IMG/VR virus record: IMGVR_UViG_3300045988_064749
Length of the DNA: 45,508 nucleotides
Source of the DNA: a virus
Reading direction: 5' to 3' (one strand)
The notes beneath the pieces are model-generated. The model was not told where the DNA came from and searched no databases. It worked only from the letters and a program-made list of their open reading frames with translations. Positions within the stretch are counted from its first letter, which is position 1. Each line of letters begins with the position of its first letter. The translations under genes and the position numbers were made by a program. Of the stretch, positions 25,741-33,318 are shown piece by piece.

Positions 25741-26076
25741 ATGCCGGTTTTCAAAAGAAACCGAGGTCATATCTTTGGCGTACAGTTCAGTACAAAAGAA
25801 CAGAAAGCCATAGACGCTGAAATATTGCGCCAATGCGCCGAGTTCGACAAAAAGAACGCCAATGAGATAGACGCTCTGGTTTTATGGCTACTTCACGAAA
25901 AATTTGGATTTGGTAAGAAACGGCTGAGAGCTTTTTACGACTACTTTTTGACTGAGATAGACGCTCTGGCAAAGTGGTACGAAATGGGTGACGAGGACAA
26001 AGCATGGCTTTGCACCTACAAGCTGAAACAATACGGTATTGACATTGCCGAATGGAACAAGGAGGGCGAAAAATGA
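25741..26076 (+). CDS. Hypothetical protein.
   Basis: The ORF is tightly packed in the operon. Confidence 0.5.
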   Translation: MPVFKRNRGHIFGVQFSTKEQKAIDAEILRQCAEFDKKNANEIDALVLWLLHEKFGFGKKRLRAFYDYFLTEIDALAKWYEMGDEDKAWLCTYKLKQYGIDIAEWNKEGEK

Positions 26077-26315
26077 ACTATAAGCTGAAAAATACGAACG
26101 GGAAAGTGACTTTTCTACTTCGTACAGGCAAGGATTTGGTAAAAAATCAGATGGCGATTGCGTCCGCACAACATATTATCGACAACGGAAAACTGCTAAA
26201 ATCCGATGTTGACGGTTATCCCATCAATATTGACAACAGGTGGTATTTCGAGGGAGAACTCTCCAAGCGGACGGTTTCAAACAAAAGTGATGTCAAAGCG
26301 GAGGACAAGGAATGA
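26073..26315 (+). CDS. Hypothetical protein.
   Basis: ATGA overlap with the upstream gene, preceded by GGAGGG RBS. Confidence 0.5.
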   Translation: MNYKLKNTNGKVTFLLRTGKDLVKNQMAIASAQHIIDNGKLLKSDVDGYPINIDNRWYFEGELSKRTVSNKSDVKAEDKE

Positions 26316-26605
26316 GAACTTATTATTCTGAGTATATCCAGCATTGCATGAGATTTTACGCTCGCCACCCCCACCCCAAGTTCCACTCTGACGCAGACAA
26401 GCAGAACTGGTATGCGTGTGAGAACGCTCTAAAAGGCTTCTCTGACAGCGAAAAAGACATTCTGTTGTTTATTTACCGAGAGGGCGATACTGTTCCTGAT
26501 AATGTCTACAGAGCTTCTGTAGATAAGAACATCAAACAGGACACCATCTGGAAACTTGTCAATGAATTAGAGCGAAAGATCGCCAAAAGGAGGAACTTGA
26601 TTTGA
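26312..26605 (+). CDS. Possible sigma-region-4/RinA-ArpU-like transcriptional activator.
   Basis: ATGA overlap with the upstream gene. The ...SEKDILLFIYREGDTVPDNVYRASV...IWKLVNELERKIAKRR pattern resembles region 4. The assignment is weak. Confidence 0.3.
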   Translation: MRTYYSEYIQHCMRFYARHPHPKFHSDADKQNWYACENALKGFSDSEKDILLFIYREGDTVPDNVYRASVDKNIKQDTIWKLVNELERKIAKRRNLI

Positions 26606-27390
26606 CGCACTACGAGAACATACCCGAAGAACTGAAACAATTAAATCAGTGGGTCTGCACTCGCAGTGACAGCAAGGTTCCCATGAAAGCATTTGAGCGG
26701 GAAGCCGCTTCGTCTACCAATCCAGAAACATGGTCTTCCTTCGACACGGCTCTCAAGGCTGTGTCGGAGGGACACTATGATTATTGTGGGTTTGTCTTTA
26801 ATGATAACGGTTATGTGGGCATTGACATTGACGATGGGTACGACCAAGACGGGTTTCTTTCTCCGTTGGCGGCTGAGATCATCGGTATGTGCGAGAGTTA
26901 CACTGAAAAATCAAAGAGCGGCAGAGGGTTTCATATTTTACTCAGAGGTACGCTCCCCTTTAAGGGAAAGAACAACCTTGCAGGTGTAGAGATTTACAAG
27001 GCGGCTCGCTACTTCATTATGACCGGCGATACGCTTTTATACAACACCATCGAAGAAGACCAAGGAGCCATTGATTATGTGGTAGAGAAGTTTTTCCCTG
27101 AGACCAGAGAGGAAAAGGACGGGGAGAAATACGGCGGCAGAATTTACTCTCCAATATGGAGTCTTCCTGAGAACAACCGTATAAAGCTCCGTCCAGTATA
27201 TCCTCGGATTCCTGACGGAAGCAGGAACATTTGCCTTACCTCTCTCGCCGGTATGCTTCACAATCAGGGGTACAGTAAACAGCAAATCTATGACGAGCTG
27301 TTGTATGCCAACATGGTCGCTTGTGACCCTCCACTTGATCGAAATGAAATTCGCACAATCTGCAATAGCGTGACTCGCTACAAAAGATAA
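26602..27390 (+). CDS. Bifunctional primase-polymerase (prim-pol) with a PriCT-like C-terminus.
   Basis: AGGAGG RBS and TTG start. Motifs: GIDIDDG, SKSGRGFHILLRG. Confidence 0.7.
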   Translation: MTHYENIPEELKQLNQWVCTRSDSKVPMKAFEREAASSTNPETWSSFDTALKAVSEGHYDYCGFVFNDNGYVGIDIDDGYDQDGFLSPLAAEIIGMCESYTEKSKSGRGFHILLRGTLPFKGKNNLAGVEIYKAARYFIMTGDTLLYNTIEEDQGAIDYVVEKFFPETREEKDGEKYGGRIYSPIWSLPENNRIKLRPVYPRIPDGSRNICLTSLAGMLHNQGYSKQQIYDELLYANMVACDPPLDRNEIRTICNSVTRYKR

Positions 27391-27408
27391 AATATAACAC
27401 AAAAGGGA

Positions 27409-27437
27409 TTGACAAACAATCTTTTCCATGTTATTAT
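27409..27437 (+). promoter_or_regulatory. Consensus promoter upstream of the MazF-like gene.
   Basis: TTGACA (27409-27414), 17-nt spacer, TATTAT (27432-27437). Confidence 0.65.
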
Positions 27438-27490
27438 TTAATCGCAAGAAGACAACAAGTAATCTTGTTAAGATTGAGGAGGTACTTGCT

Positions 27491-27931
27491 ATGATTCAAG
27501 ATTATTGCCGGGGTGACATCTTCTTTATCGCAGAGGGCGCATACACAGGCTCGGAGCAAAACGGTGGTAGACCCGGTGTTATTGTCTCAAACGATGTCGG
27601 CAATAAACATTCCCCTAATGTTGAGGTCGTGTTTCTTACATCACGAGAGAAGAAGCCCATGCCTACTCATGTAGAAGTGTTGTGCAAGGTTCCGTCAACC
27701 GCTCTCTGCGAAAACATTCAGACTGTATCAAAAGAACGGCTTGACAGTTTTATCCGTTCCTGCACTACCAGTGAAATGAAGAATATCGACAACGCCCTGT
27801 TGTGTTCGCTGGGGCTTCACGCTCCTGCGGTTGTCGGGGGGGGACTCAAGTTCCTACAACGGCTCCTGCGGCTGTTTCCGAAGCGGAAATTGAGCGAAAC
27901 TTGTACAAGGCTTTGTATGAACAGCTTTTAG
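27491..27931 (+). CDS. MazF/PemK-family toxin-like protein with no adjacent antitoxin gene. Its C-terminal tail depends on the G-tract length.
   Basis: GAGGAGG RBS. Recognisable sequence: GDIFFIAEG..TGSEQNGGRPGVIVSND..N...PNVEVVFLTS......PTHVEV...ALCENIQTVSKERL. Confidence 0.75.
   Translation: MIQDYCRGDIFFIAEGAYTGSEQNGGRPGVIVSNDVGNKHSPNVEVVFLTSREKKPMPTHVEVLCKVPSTALCENIQTVSKERLDSFIRSCTTSEMKNIDNALLCSLGLHAPAVVGGGLKFLQRLLRLFPKRKLSETCTRLCMNSF
27836..27843 (+). repeat. Homopolymeric G8 tract.
   Basis: Counted directly: gtc gggggggg act. Confidence 0.95.
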
Positions 27932-27953
27932 ATAAAGTGATGGTGAGCAAGTC

Positions 27954-28422
27954 TTGAACACTAAAATAATGTTCAGCAGTAAAACTGACGATTGGGCTAC
28001 GCCGCAGGACTTCTTTGATAAGCTAAACTTGGAGTTTCAGTTCACTCTTGACCCCTGCGCTGACTCCTTCAATCATAAATGTTCCAGATATTACAATCGG
28101 GAACAAAACGGTTTGTCTCGTGATTGGGGGGGGGGAACGAGTTTTCTGTAATCCTCCATACGGTAGGGAAATTGGGAAATGGGTTCAGAAATCTTTTGAG
28201 GAAAGTAAAAAGAAGAATACTCTTGTGGTAATGCTCATTCCAGCAAGAACGGACACAAAATATTTTCACGATTATATCTATGGTAAAGCTGAGATCAGAT
28301 TCATTCGTGGCAGATTGAAGTTTGGAAATGCCAAAACTGCCGCCCCTTTCCCTTCGATGGTCGTGATATTCAGAAGTAAGGAGGATTCCAATGTTAGTCA
28401 CACTCATACAGGCAACGCCTGA
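27954..28422 (+). pseudogene. Phage Dam-like N6-adenine DNA methyltransferase, split by a frameshift at a G10 tract. G9 would give one intact ORF.
   Basis: The upstream half (frame 0) reads DWATPQDFFDKLN..FTLDPCA and stops at 28151. The downstream half (frame 1) reads VFCNPPYGREIGKWV...MLIPARTDTKYFH...RFIRGRLKF...APFPS. Confidence 0.8.
28126..28135 (+). repeat. Homopolymeric G10 tract.
   Basis: Counted directly: gatt gggggggggg aacg. Confidence 0.95.
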
Positions 28423-29005
28423 CCCCATCAAAACTATTGCGAAGATCGCAAGCATTTGCTATGACAGTGACCCTAAAAACCCGATCGGACTGGTGAAGCA
28501 CTTGTACCGCAACGGACATCACAGTGTTTTCGAGCACATCTATTTCACCTTCAAAATCGAGGGGATTTCTCGTGCTTGCTCCCATCAACTCGTGCGGCAT
28601 AGACACTGTAGCTTTACTCAACGGTCTCAGAGATACTGTTCTGAGGACGGATTTTCAGCAGTGCTACCTTGCTCTGTAGAGGAAACGGGTGGTGATTATG
28701 ACTATGGTATGGTTATGAATCGGATTGCGGAATTTTACGAGGAATGTCAAAAAGTTGGTGTTCCAAACGAGGACGCCCGGTATGTACTTCCCAATGCCTG
28801 TGAAACCTCCCTGTTCCTTTCCTGCAACCTGAGAGAGCTTATTCACATGGCGAATGAACGCCTGTGCATGAGAGCGCAGTGGGAAATCCGAGAGCTGGTG
28901 AAGCTGATGGTGGCTGGTGTAGACCCCGACCTTCAATTCATGCTTGTTCCCAAGTGTAAGAGCGGTCGTATTATCTGCAATGACCCCTGCGGTATGGAGG
29001 TATAA
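28391..29005 (+). CDS. thyX: FAD-dependent thymidylate synthase ThyX.
   Basis: AAGGAGGA RBS. The ThyX signature RHRHCSFTQRSQRY is present, along with HHSVFEH. Confidence 0.85.
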   Translation: MLVTLIQATPDPIKTIAKIASICYDSDPKNPIGLVKHLYRNGHHSVFEHIYFTFKIEGISRACSHQLVRHRHCSFTQRSQRYCSEDGFSAVLPCSVEETGGDYDYGMVMNRIAEFYEECQKVGVPNEDARYVLPNACETSLFLSCNLRELIHMANERLCMRAQWEIRELVKLMVAGVDPDLQFMLVPKCKSGRIICNDPCGMEV

Positions 29006-29008
29006 GAT

Positions 29009-29170
29009 ATGATGGACGAAAGCAATAAAATCTGTCCTCTATTCTACATTTGTTCTGAGTGCAACACTCTTGATTCGTGCCTTTGCCGCAAAGAGGATTG
29101 TGCATGGTGGGTAGAGGACAAGCAAAAATGTGCTATTGCGGTAGGAGGTGAACGCAGTCGTGGCAAGTGA
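29009..29170 (+). CDS. Small Cys-rich protein (53 aa).
   Basis: ATG at 29009. Contains ICPLFYICSECNTLDSCLCRKEDCAWW. It is below the ORF-track cutoff and its RBS is weak. Confidence 0.35.
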   Translation: MMDESNKICPLFYICSECNTLDSCLCRKEDCAWWVEDKQKCAIAVGGERSRGK

Positions 29171-30683
29171 TAGAGAGCTTTTCGAGCTTCGCAACGGCAG
29201 GGTTATTATGGACGAAGACCTGTCCGAAAAAATGTACATTATCAAATCCTACCACCCTGAGAAAGCGGACGAAACCAGTTCTGGCTTCGAGTGGTCGGAA
29301 ATGGGTATGGCAAACCTGTTCGGTATGCTTTACAATCGGGAAGCTCGCTATTGTACTGAGCACAAAAGCTGGTACACCTACTTTGAGGGAGCATGGCGCA
29401 AAGACGAGGGCGCAATCCTTGTCTCCGAAAAAATCAAGGACTTTGTGCGGCTGATGATTCTCTACTGCGGAGAGATCGTAGACGATGAAATCCGAAAAGC
29501 CTATACCTCTTTCGTAAACAAGATGGGTGACAGGCGCATGAGAGATAGAATCCTCAAGGACGCAACCGGCGAACTGCGTATTTCGGCTACTGAGTTTGAC
29601 GCTGACCCATACCTTATAAATTGTCTGAATGGTACTTACTCTCTCCGAGACTTTTCATTCCGAGAAGCTAAGTGGGACGATTTTCTCACCATGCAGACCA
29701 ATTTTCGTCACACTGTCCGCAGGGACATCAAGTGTGAACGGTGGGAGCAGTTTATTGACGAAGTTACACAGGGCGATAAGGACAAGGCCGATTTCCTACA
29801 ACGCTCCCTTGGTTATTCTATCCTTGGTATGAGCAATGAGGAGTGTATGTTCATTCTTCATGGTAAAACGACCCGTAACGGAAAATCCACCTTGCTCAAC
29901 ACCATTGAAACCATGCTTGGTGATTACGCCAAGGTTGCACCTGTCGGTATGATCTGCCGGGGAGACAGGCAGAAGGACGCAGAAGCGGCTTCCCCTACCC
30001 TCGCCGGTCTAAAGGGAAAACGCTTCGTAACTATGAGCGAGTCCAACGAGTATGGCAAGCTGGACGAGGAGAAAATCAAGCAGTTTACAGGCGGTGAAGA
30101 AATCTCAGCTCGTGCGCTGTACCAGTCAGCAATCACTTTCAAACCGCAATTTACGCTCTGGCTTTCTTGTAATGATCTGCCCATGGTGACGGACAAGTCC
30201 CTATTTGCTTCCGAGCGTATCAAGGTTATTGAGTTTAACCGGCACTTCTCCCCCGCCGAGCAAGACACGCACCTTAAAGACGAGCTTACTTCTCAGGAAG
30301 CCATGAGCGGTATCTTCATGTGGCTGGTGCGTGGGTACATCAAGTACAAAGAGTATGGGCTTACCATGTCAGAGCCGTTAAGGTCTGTTGTAGCGAAATA
30401 CGAGCGGGATAATGACCTGGTGCTTCAATTCCTCGAAAACCGCTGTGTACGAGTTCCAGAGGAAGAATACAACCCGCTTGGTGAGAAGAATAAGTGGACA
30501 ACTATCAGAGCCAAAGACCTCTATCAAGCGTTCAAAATATGGGCGAAATCTGAGGGTGCTTATGTGCTCTCTGCGAGAAAATTCAACTCAGAGATGGAGC
30601 GTCACCCCGAATGGTTTGACCGCAAATCAACTTCCAGCGGTTTCGTAATCTATTGGGGGTTGAAGCTCAAGGAGGTTGTGTGA
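29148..30683 (+). CDS. D5/P4-family primase-helicase (SF3 NTPase). The start codon is uncertain.
   Basis: D5_N-like region followed by Walker A LHGKTTRNGKST. The C-terminal region is typical of phage/plasmid primase P4-type proteins. Confidence 0.75.
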   Translation: MNAVVASDRELFELRNGRVIMDEDLSEKMYIIKSYHPEKADETSSGFEWSEMGMANLFGMLYNREARYCTEHKSWYTYFEGAWRKDEGAILVSEKIKDFVRLMILYCGEIVDDEIRKAYTSFVNKMGDRRMRDRILKDATGELRISATEFDADPYLINCLNGTYSLRDFSFREAKWDDFLTMQTNFRHTVRRDIKCERWEQFIDEVTQGDKDKADFLQRSLGYSILGMSNEECMFILHGKTTRNGKSTLLNTIETMLGDYAKVAPVGMICRGDRQKDAEAASPTLAGLKGKRFVTMSESNEYGKLDEEKIKQFTGGEEISARALYQSAITFKPQFTLWLSCNDLPMVTDKSLFASERIKVIEFNRHFSPAEQDTHLKDELTSQEAMSGIFMWLVRGYIKYKEYGLTMSEPLRSVVAKYERDNDLVLQFLENRCVRVPEEEYNPLGEKNKWTTIRAKDLYQAFKIWAKSEGAYVLSARKFNSEMERHPEWFDRKSTSSGFVIYWGLKLKEVV

Positions 30684-30856
30684 TGGAGAAATGGCAGTAT
30701 GAAATGTTGCAAGACCAGTTTTCCAGAAAAGCAGAGAACAATCCTTACGGAAAGAACGGCAACTTCAAATATGAGGAAGGTTACAAGCAGGGTATTCTTG
30801 CGGCTAAAAGTATTCTCTCCGACTTCTATCATCGGCATTACGAAAAGGATGATTGA
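30683..30856 (+). CDS. Hypothetical protein.
   Basis: GGAGG RBS and a TGATG overlap with the upstream gene. Confidence 0.5.
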   Translation: MEKWQYEMLQDQFSRKAENNPYGKNGNFKYEEGYKQGILAAKSILSDFYHRHYEKDD

Positions 30857-30858
30857 TT

Positions 30859-31062
30859 ATGAACGCAAGCTGTATCGACGAAAACGCTAAGTTCAAGCTC
30901 TGCCCTTATCGTGTCTACACCGAAGAACACCCGCCTGTTCTGCGTGGGAATGGGGCGATCACTACTCAGCAGTTTTATCCCTGTTTGGGAGAAGCGTGTG
31001 TTGCGTATCATGTGGGTGTTTGTCTTAGACTGTCAAAGCGTGTGAAGGAGGTATCGAAATGA
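30859..31062 (+). CDS. Hypothetical Cys-containing protein.
   Basis: The ORF is packed in the operon. Confidence 0.45.
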   Translation: MNASCIDENAKFKLCPYRVYTEEHPPVLRGNGAITTQQFYPCLGEACVAYHVGVCLRLSKRVKEVSK

Positions 31063-31328
31063 AAATCAAAGTTGAGCATGAAGTTTCTCCCGAAAAAGAA
31101 ACTTGCACTCACGATGGAGATTTTTGGGGAAAGAGCATTTGCCGGTATCACACTCACAGGGATAGAACACATGGTCGAAAAGCTCCTGTTGAGCGACATC
31201 TTCCGAAATGCACATTATTTGATTGTTGGCTCAAAAGGGATTATGTGAAATGTGAAGCCTGTAAAAATGCGTGTAATGAAGCTGAGAGGGAGAAAAATGT
31301 TTGCAATACAGAACATCAAAACGGGTAA
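31059..31328 (+). CDS. Hypothetical Cys/His-rich protein.
   Basis: GGAGG RBS and ATGA overlap with the upstream gene. Confidence 0.5.
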   Translation: MKIKVEHEVSPEKETCTHDGDFWGKSICRYHTHRDRTHGRKAPVERHLPKCTLFDCWLKRDYVKCEACKNACNEAEREKNVCNTEHQNG

Positions 31329-31614
31329 TTTTCTGTATGGAACAGACTACCGATATTTCCCGCCGCACCAGAGAACGAGCAGAAATCAGGCTCTCACCTA
31401 TGACTCTTTAGCAACTGCGAAAGCCGACTTTCTCCACAGAAGATGTGGTAAGGACTATCGGGTGGTGTGCCTTAAAACCATTGAAATAAAACGAATTATA
31501 GATTTTGACGCAGAAAATTGCTACGAAATCTATGACGAAGATTGGAGTGACGAGGGTGGAGAAGAAAATTCTGAGAGAAATGCAGGGCTTGTTGGAGGAC
31601 ATCAACCGGGTTGA
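31297..31614 (+). CDS. Hypothetical protein.
   Basis: GAGAGGGAG RBS before ATG 31297. Confidence 0.5.
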   Translation: MFAIQNIKTGNFLYGTDYRYFPPHQRTSRNQALTYDSLATAKADFLHRRCGKDYRVVCLKTIEIKRIIDFDAENCYEIYDEDWSDEGGEENSERNAGLVGGHQPG

Positions 31615-31735
31615 GATCGTATCTCACCTGCTCGATGGCACTCTCCTGTCTTGGCTTAATAACTGGAAAATGCGAATGGGAATGTTGTTGGCGTTCCTGA
31701 TTGAAAACGAGAGGTGCAAAAATGAGCGACTTTGA
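31532..31735 (+). CDS. Hypothetical protein. The start is uncertain (ATG 31532, GTG 31547 or GTG 31556).
   Basis: Open frame overlapping the upstream gene. GGAG lies at 31544-31547. Confidence 0.35.
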   Translation: MTKIGVTRVEKKILREMQGLLEDINRVEIVSHLLDGTLLSWLNNWKMRMGMLLAFLIENERCKNERL

Positions 31736-31922
31736 ACTTCTGAAAGCTCTGCAAAACGAGCTGGTGGAGACTTTGGAGAAACGGAAAAACACAGAATATA
31801 TAACCCATGAAACGAGCAAAGCAAAGGTCAATCGACTGCGACTTTCCATCAATGAAGTCATGCTTCGTATCGAAAGAAAGTGTACTTCATTTTACAGACA
31901 CGAGCAAGAGGGTTGGGAATAG
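31722..31922 (+). CDS. Hypothetical protein; last gene of the early operon.
   Basis: GAGAGGTG RBS before ATG 31722. Confidence 0.5.
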   Translation: MSDFELLKALQNELVETLEKRKNTEYITHETSKAKVNRLRLSINEVMLRIERKCTSFYRHEQEGWE

Positions 31923-32019
31923 CTGAAATTATCCAATTTGGATTGAAAAACAATCTAAAACGACATTTAGAAAACAGTCTAAATCGGATTGCTATTTGTC
32001 TTTTAGAAAAGTTATAGGT

Positions 32020-32149
32020 GAAGTAGTTAAAGTAGTTCAAATCTTGATTTTGCGTAAAAGTCCTCTATAAGGGGTCTATATAGTAAAAGTTTACGGAAAA
32101 ACCGATTTTTAACTACTTCAACTACGCAATAAGAATAAGAAGAAAGAGG
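32020..32149. repeat. Palindromic repeat element, copy B (core 32020-32125 plus the ATAAGAATAAGAAGAA tail).
   Basis: It aligns with copies A and C and has the same terminal inverted repeats. Confidence 0.85.
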
Positions 32150-32173
32150 ACTCTCGGAGGAGGTAAAACGACT

Positions 32174-32770
32174 ATGGCAGTGAAGAAAAACACTGGTGGA
32201 ACTAAGAGAAACAACCCAAATGGAATTGGTTTACCTGCAAGCAAAAGTTCACTCATGCTTGAAGATGGTGACAATGCGAAGTTTACCAGTATGAATTTGC
32301 ATTTTATGAATCTCCCGAAAATCGACCTGCATGACGAAAAAGCTGTGCAGGACAGGCTCAATGAGTATTTCGACTTTATGATACAGAATGATATGAAGCC
32401 CTCTGTATCTGGTATGGCTATGGCATTGGGGCTTGACAGAAGAAGACTGTGGGAAATCAAGACTGGTAATACACAAGGTAGCGGAGCATTGGGTGGACTG
32501 TCCTCGTTGCCGCAGGAAGTAACGGACTTAGTAAAAAAAGCCTATCAACTTTTGGAATGTCTGTGGGAGGACTATATGCTCAATGGCAAAATCAACCCCA
32601 TGGCTGGTGTATTCCTTGGTGTCAACAACTATGGCTATCAAGATGTCAAAAAGGTCGATGTCGCTCCTATCCTGCCCAACAATAAGGACAACGACTATGA
32701 CGCTGACGCAATCCGGGAACGCTACCTTATCGACTCTAACGACTCCGACTCTGACTCAGACAACGACTAA
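32174..32770 (+). CDS. terS: Terminase small subunit.
   Basis: GGAGGAGG RBS. HTH-like segment PSVSGMAMALGLDRRRLWE, then ...GKINPMAGVFLGVNNYGYQD, typical of the Terminase_2 family. The tail is acidic. Confidence 0.7.
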   Translation: MAVKKNTGGTKRNNPNGIGLPASKSSLMLEDGDNAKFTSMNLHFMNLPKIDLHDEKAVQDRLNEYFDFMIQNDMKPSVSGMAMALGLDRRRLWEIKTGNTQGSGALGGLSSLPQEVTDLVKKAYQLLECLWEDYMLNGKINPMAGVFLGVNNYGYQDVKKVDVAPILPNNKDNDYDADAIRERYLIDSNDSDSDSDND

Positions 32771-32807
32771 CGACTTTCGACTATCAAACGACTACCGACT
32801 ATCGACT
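32731..32807 (+). repeat. Array of nine CGACT pentamers plus one TGACT, straddling the terS stop codon.
   Basis: CGACT occurs at 32731, 32740, 32746, 32764, 32771, 32778, 32789, 32796 and 32803. TGACT occurs at 32752. Confidence 0.85.
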
Positions 32808-32810
32808 ATG

Positions 32811-32867
32811 AAACCGCCGCTTATGATCGCTGGCTTTTGCCGGGAGAAATGCGGCGGTTTTTCTTTT
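32811..32867 (+). terminator. Intrinsic terminator after terS (10-bp stem, large loop, U-run).
   Basis: aaaccgccgc...(30 nt)...gcggcggttt followed by ttctttt. Confidence 0.6.
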
Positions 32868-32990
32868 GGTGCTGATTGTCCCCCGGTGGAAGTGGAGCCG
32901 GTGGAGCGTGGGCGGGTTTTCGTTTTCGCTTATATAATGTATAGAGGACAAAAAGCAATCCGAAAAAGATAAAAAATTTCCGAAAACCTC

Positions 32991-33019
32991 TTGACAATTC
33001 GTTAAAAGCGAATTATACT
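32991..33019 (+). promoter_or_regulatory. Consensus promoter with an operator-like palindrome in the spacer (32996-33014).
   Basis: TTGACA, 17-nt spacer, TATACT. The spacer contains AATTCG-ttaaaag-CGAATT. The first 16 nt (TTGACAATTCGTTAAA) are identical to the promoter at 16350. Confidence 0.7.
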
Positions 33020-33074
33020 ATAATCACAACAGGACAACAAACAATCCGAACAAGATTGACAGGAGGTTTTTAGA

Positions 33075-33305
33075 ATGAGAAAATACGAATTGACACCGAC
33101 AGACGGACGCAAGAGTTTTTACGGAAAAGCGGTTGTAATTGTGGAGGACAACGGGACAGAAACGCTATACAGCTATAACACCCCTATTATTAAACGGCTT
33201 GTTTCCGGGGAGCTTGTCAAGTTGTGGGACGGGTGGACAGCCACAACAGGCCGACACATTCAAGCGTTTTGCGGGTTGAATAAAGCCGCTTTCATGAGTT
33301 TATAA
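33075..33305 (+). CDS. Hypothetical protein (mobile-element cargo type).
   Basis: CAGGAGG RBS. 76 aa, containing ...DGRKSFYGKA...SYNTPI...TTGRHIQAF. Confidence 0.6.
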   Translation: MRKYELTPTDGRKSFYGKAVVIVEDNGTETLYSYNTPIIKRLVSGELVKLWDGWTATTGRHIQAFCGLNKAAFMSL

Positions 33306-33318
33306 GGAGGTAAAGAAA

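Noticed and set aside
32731-32807. CRISPR-like array.
   Set aside because: The repeats are only 5 nt long, irregularly spaced and without spacers. No cas genes are present, and no CRISPR array exists elsewhere in the window.
32583-32972. A 129-aa + strand ORF overlapping the terS 3' end, the CGACT array and the terminator.
   Set aside because: It is out of frame with terS, has no RBS and spans an intrinsic terminator. It is likely spurious.
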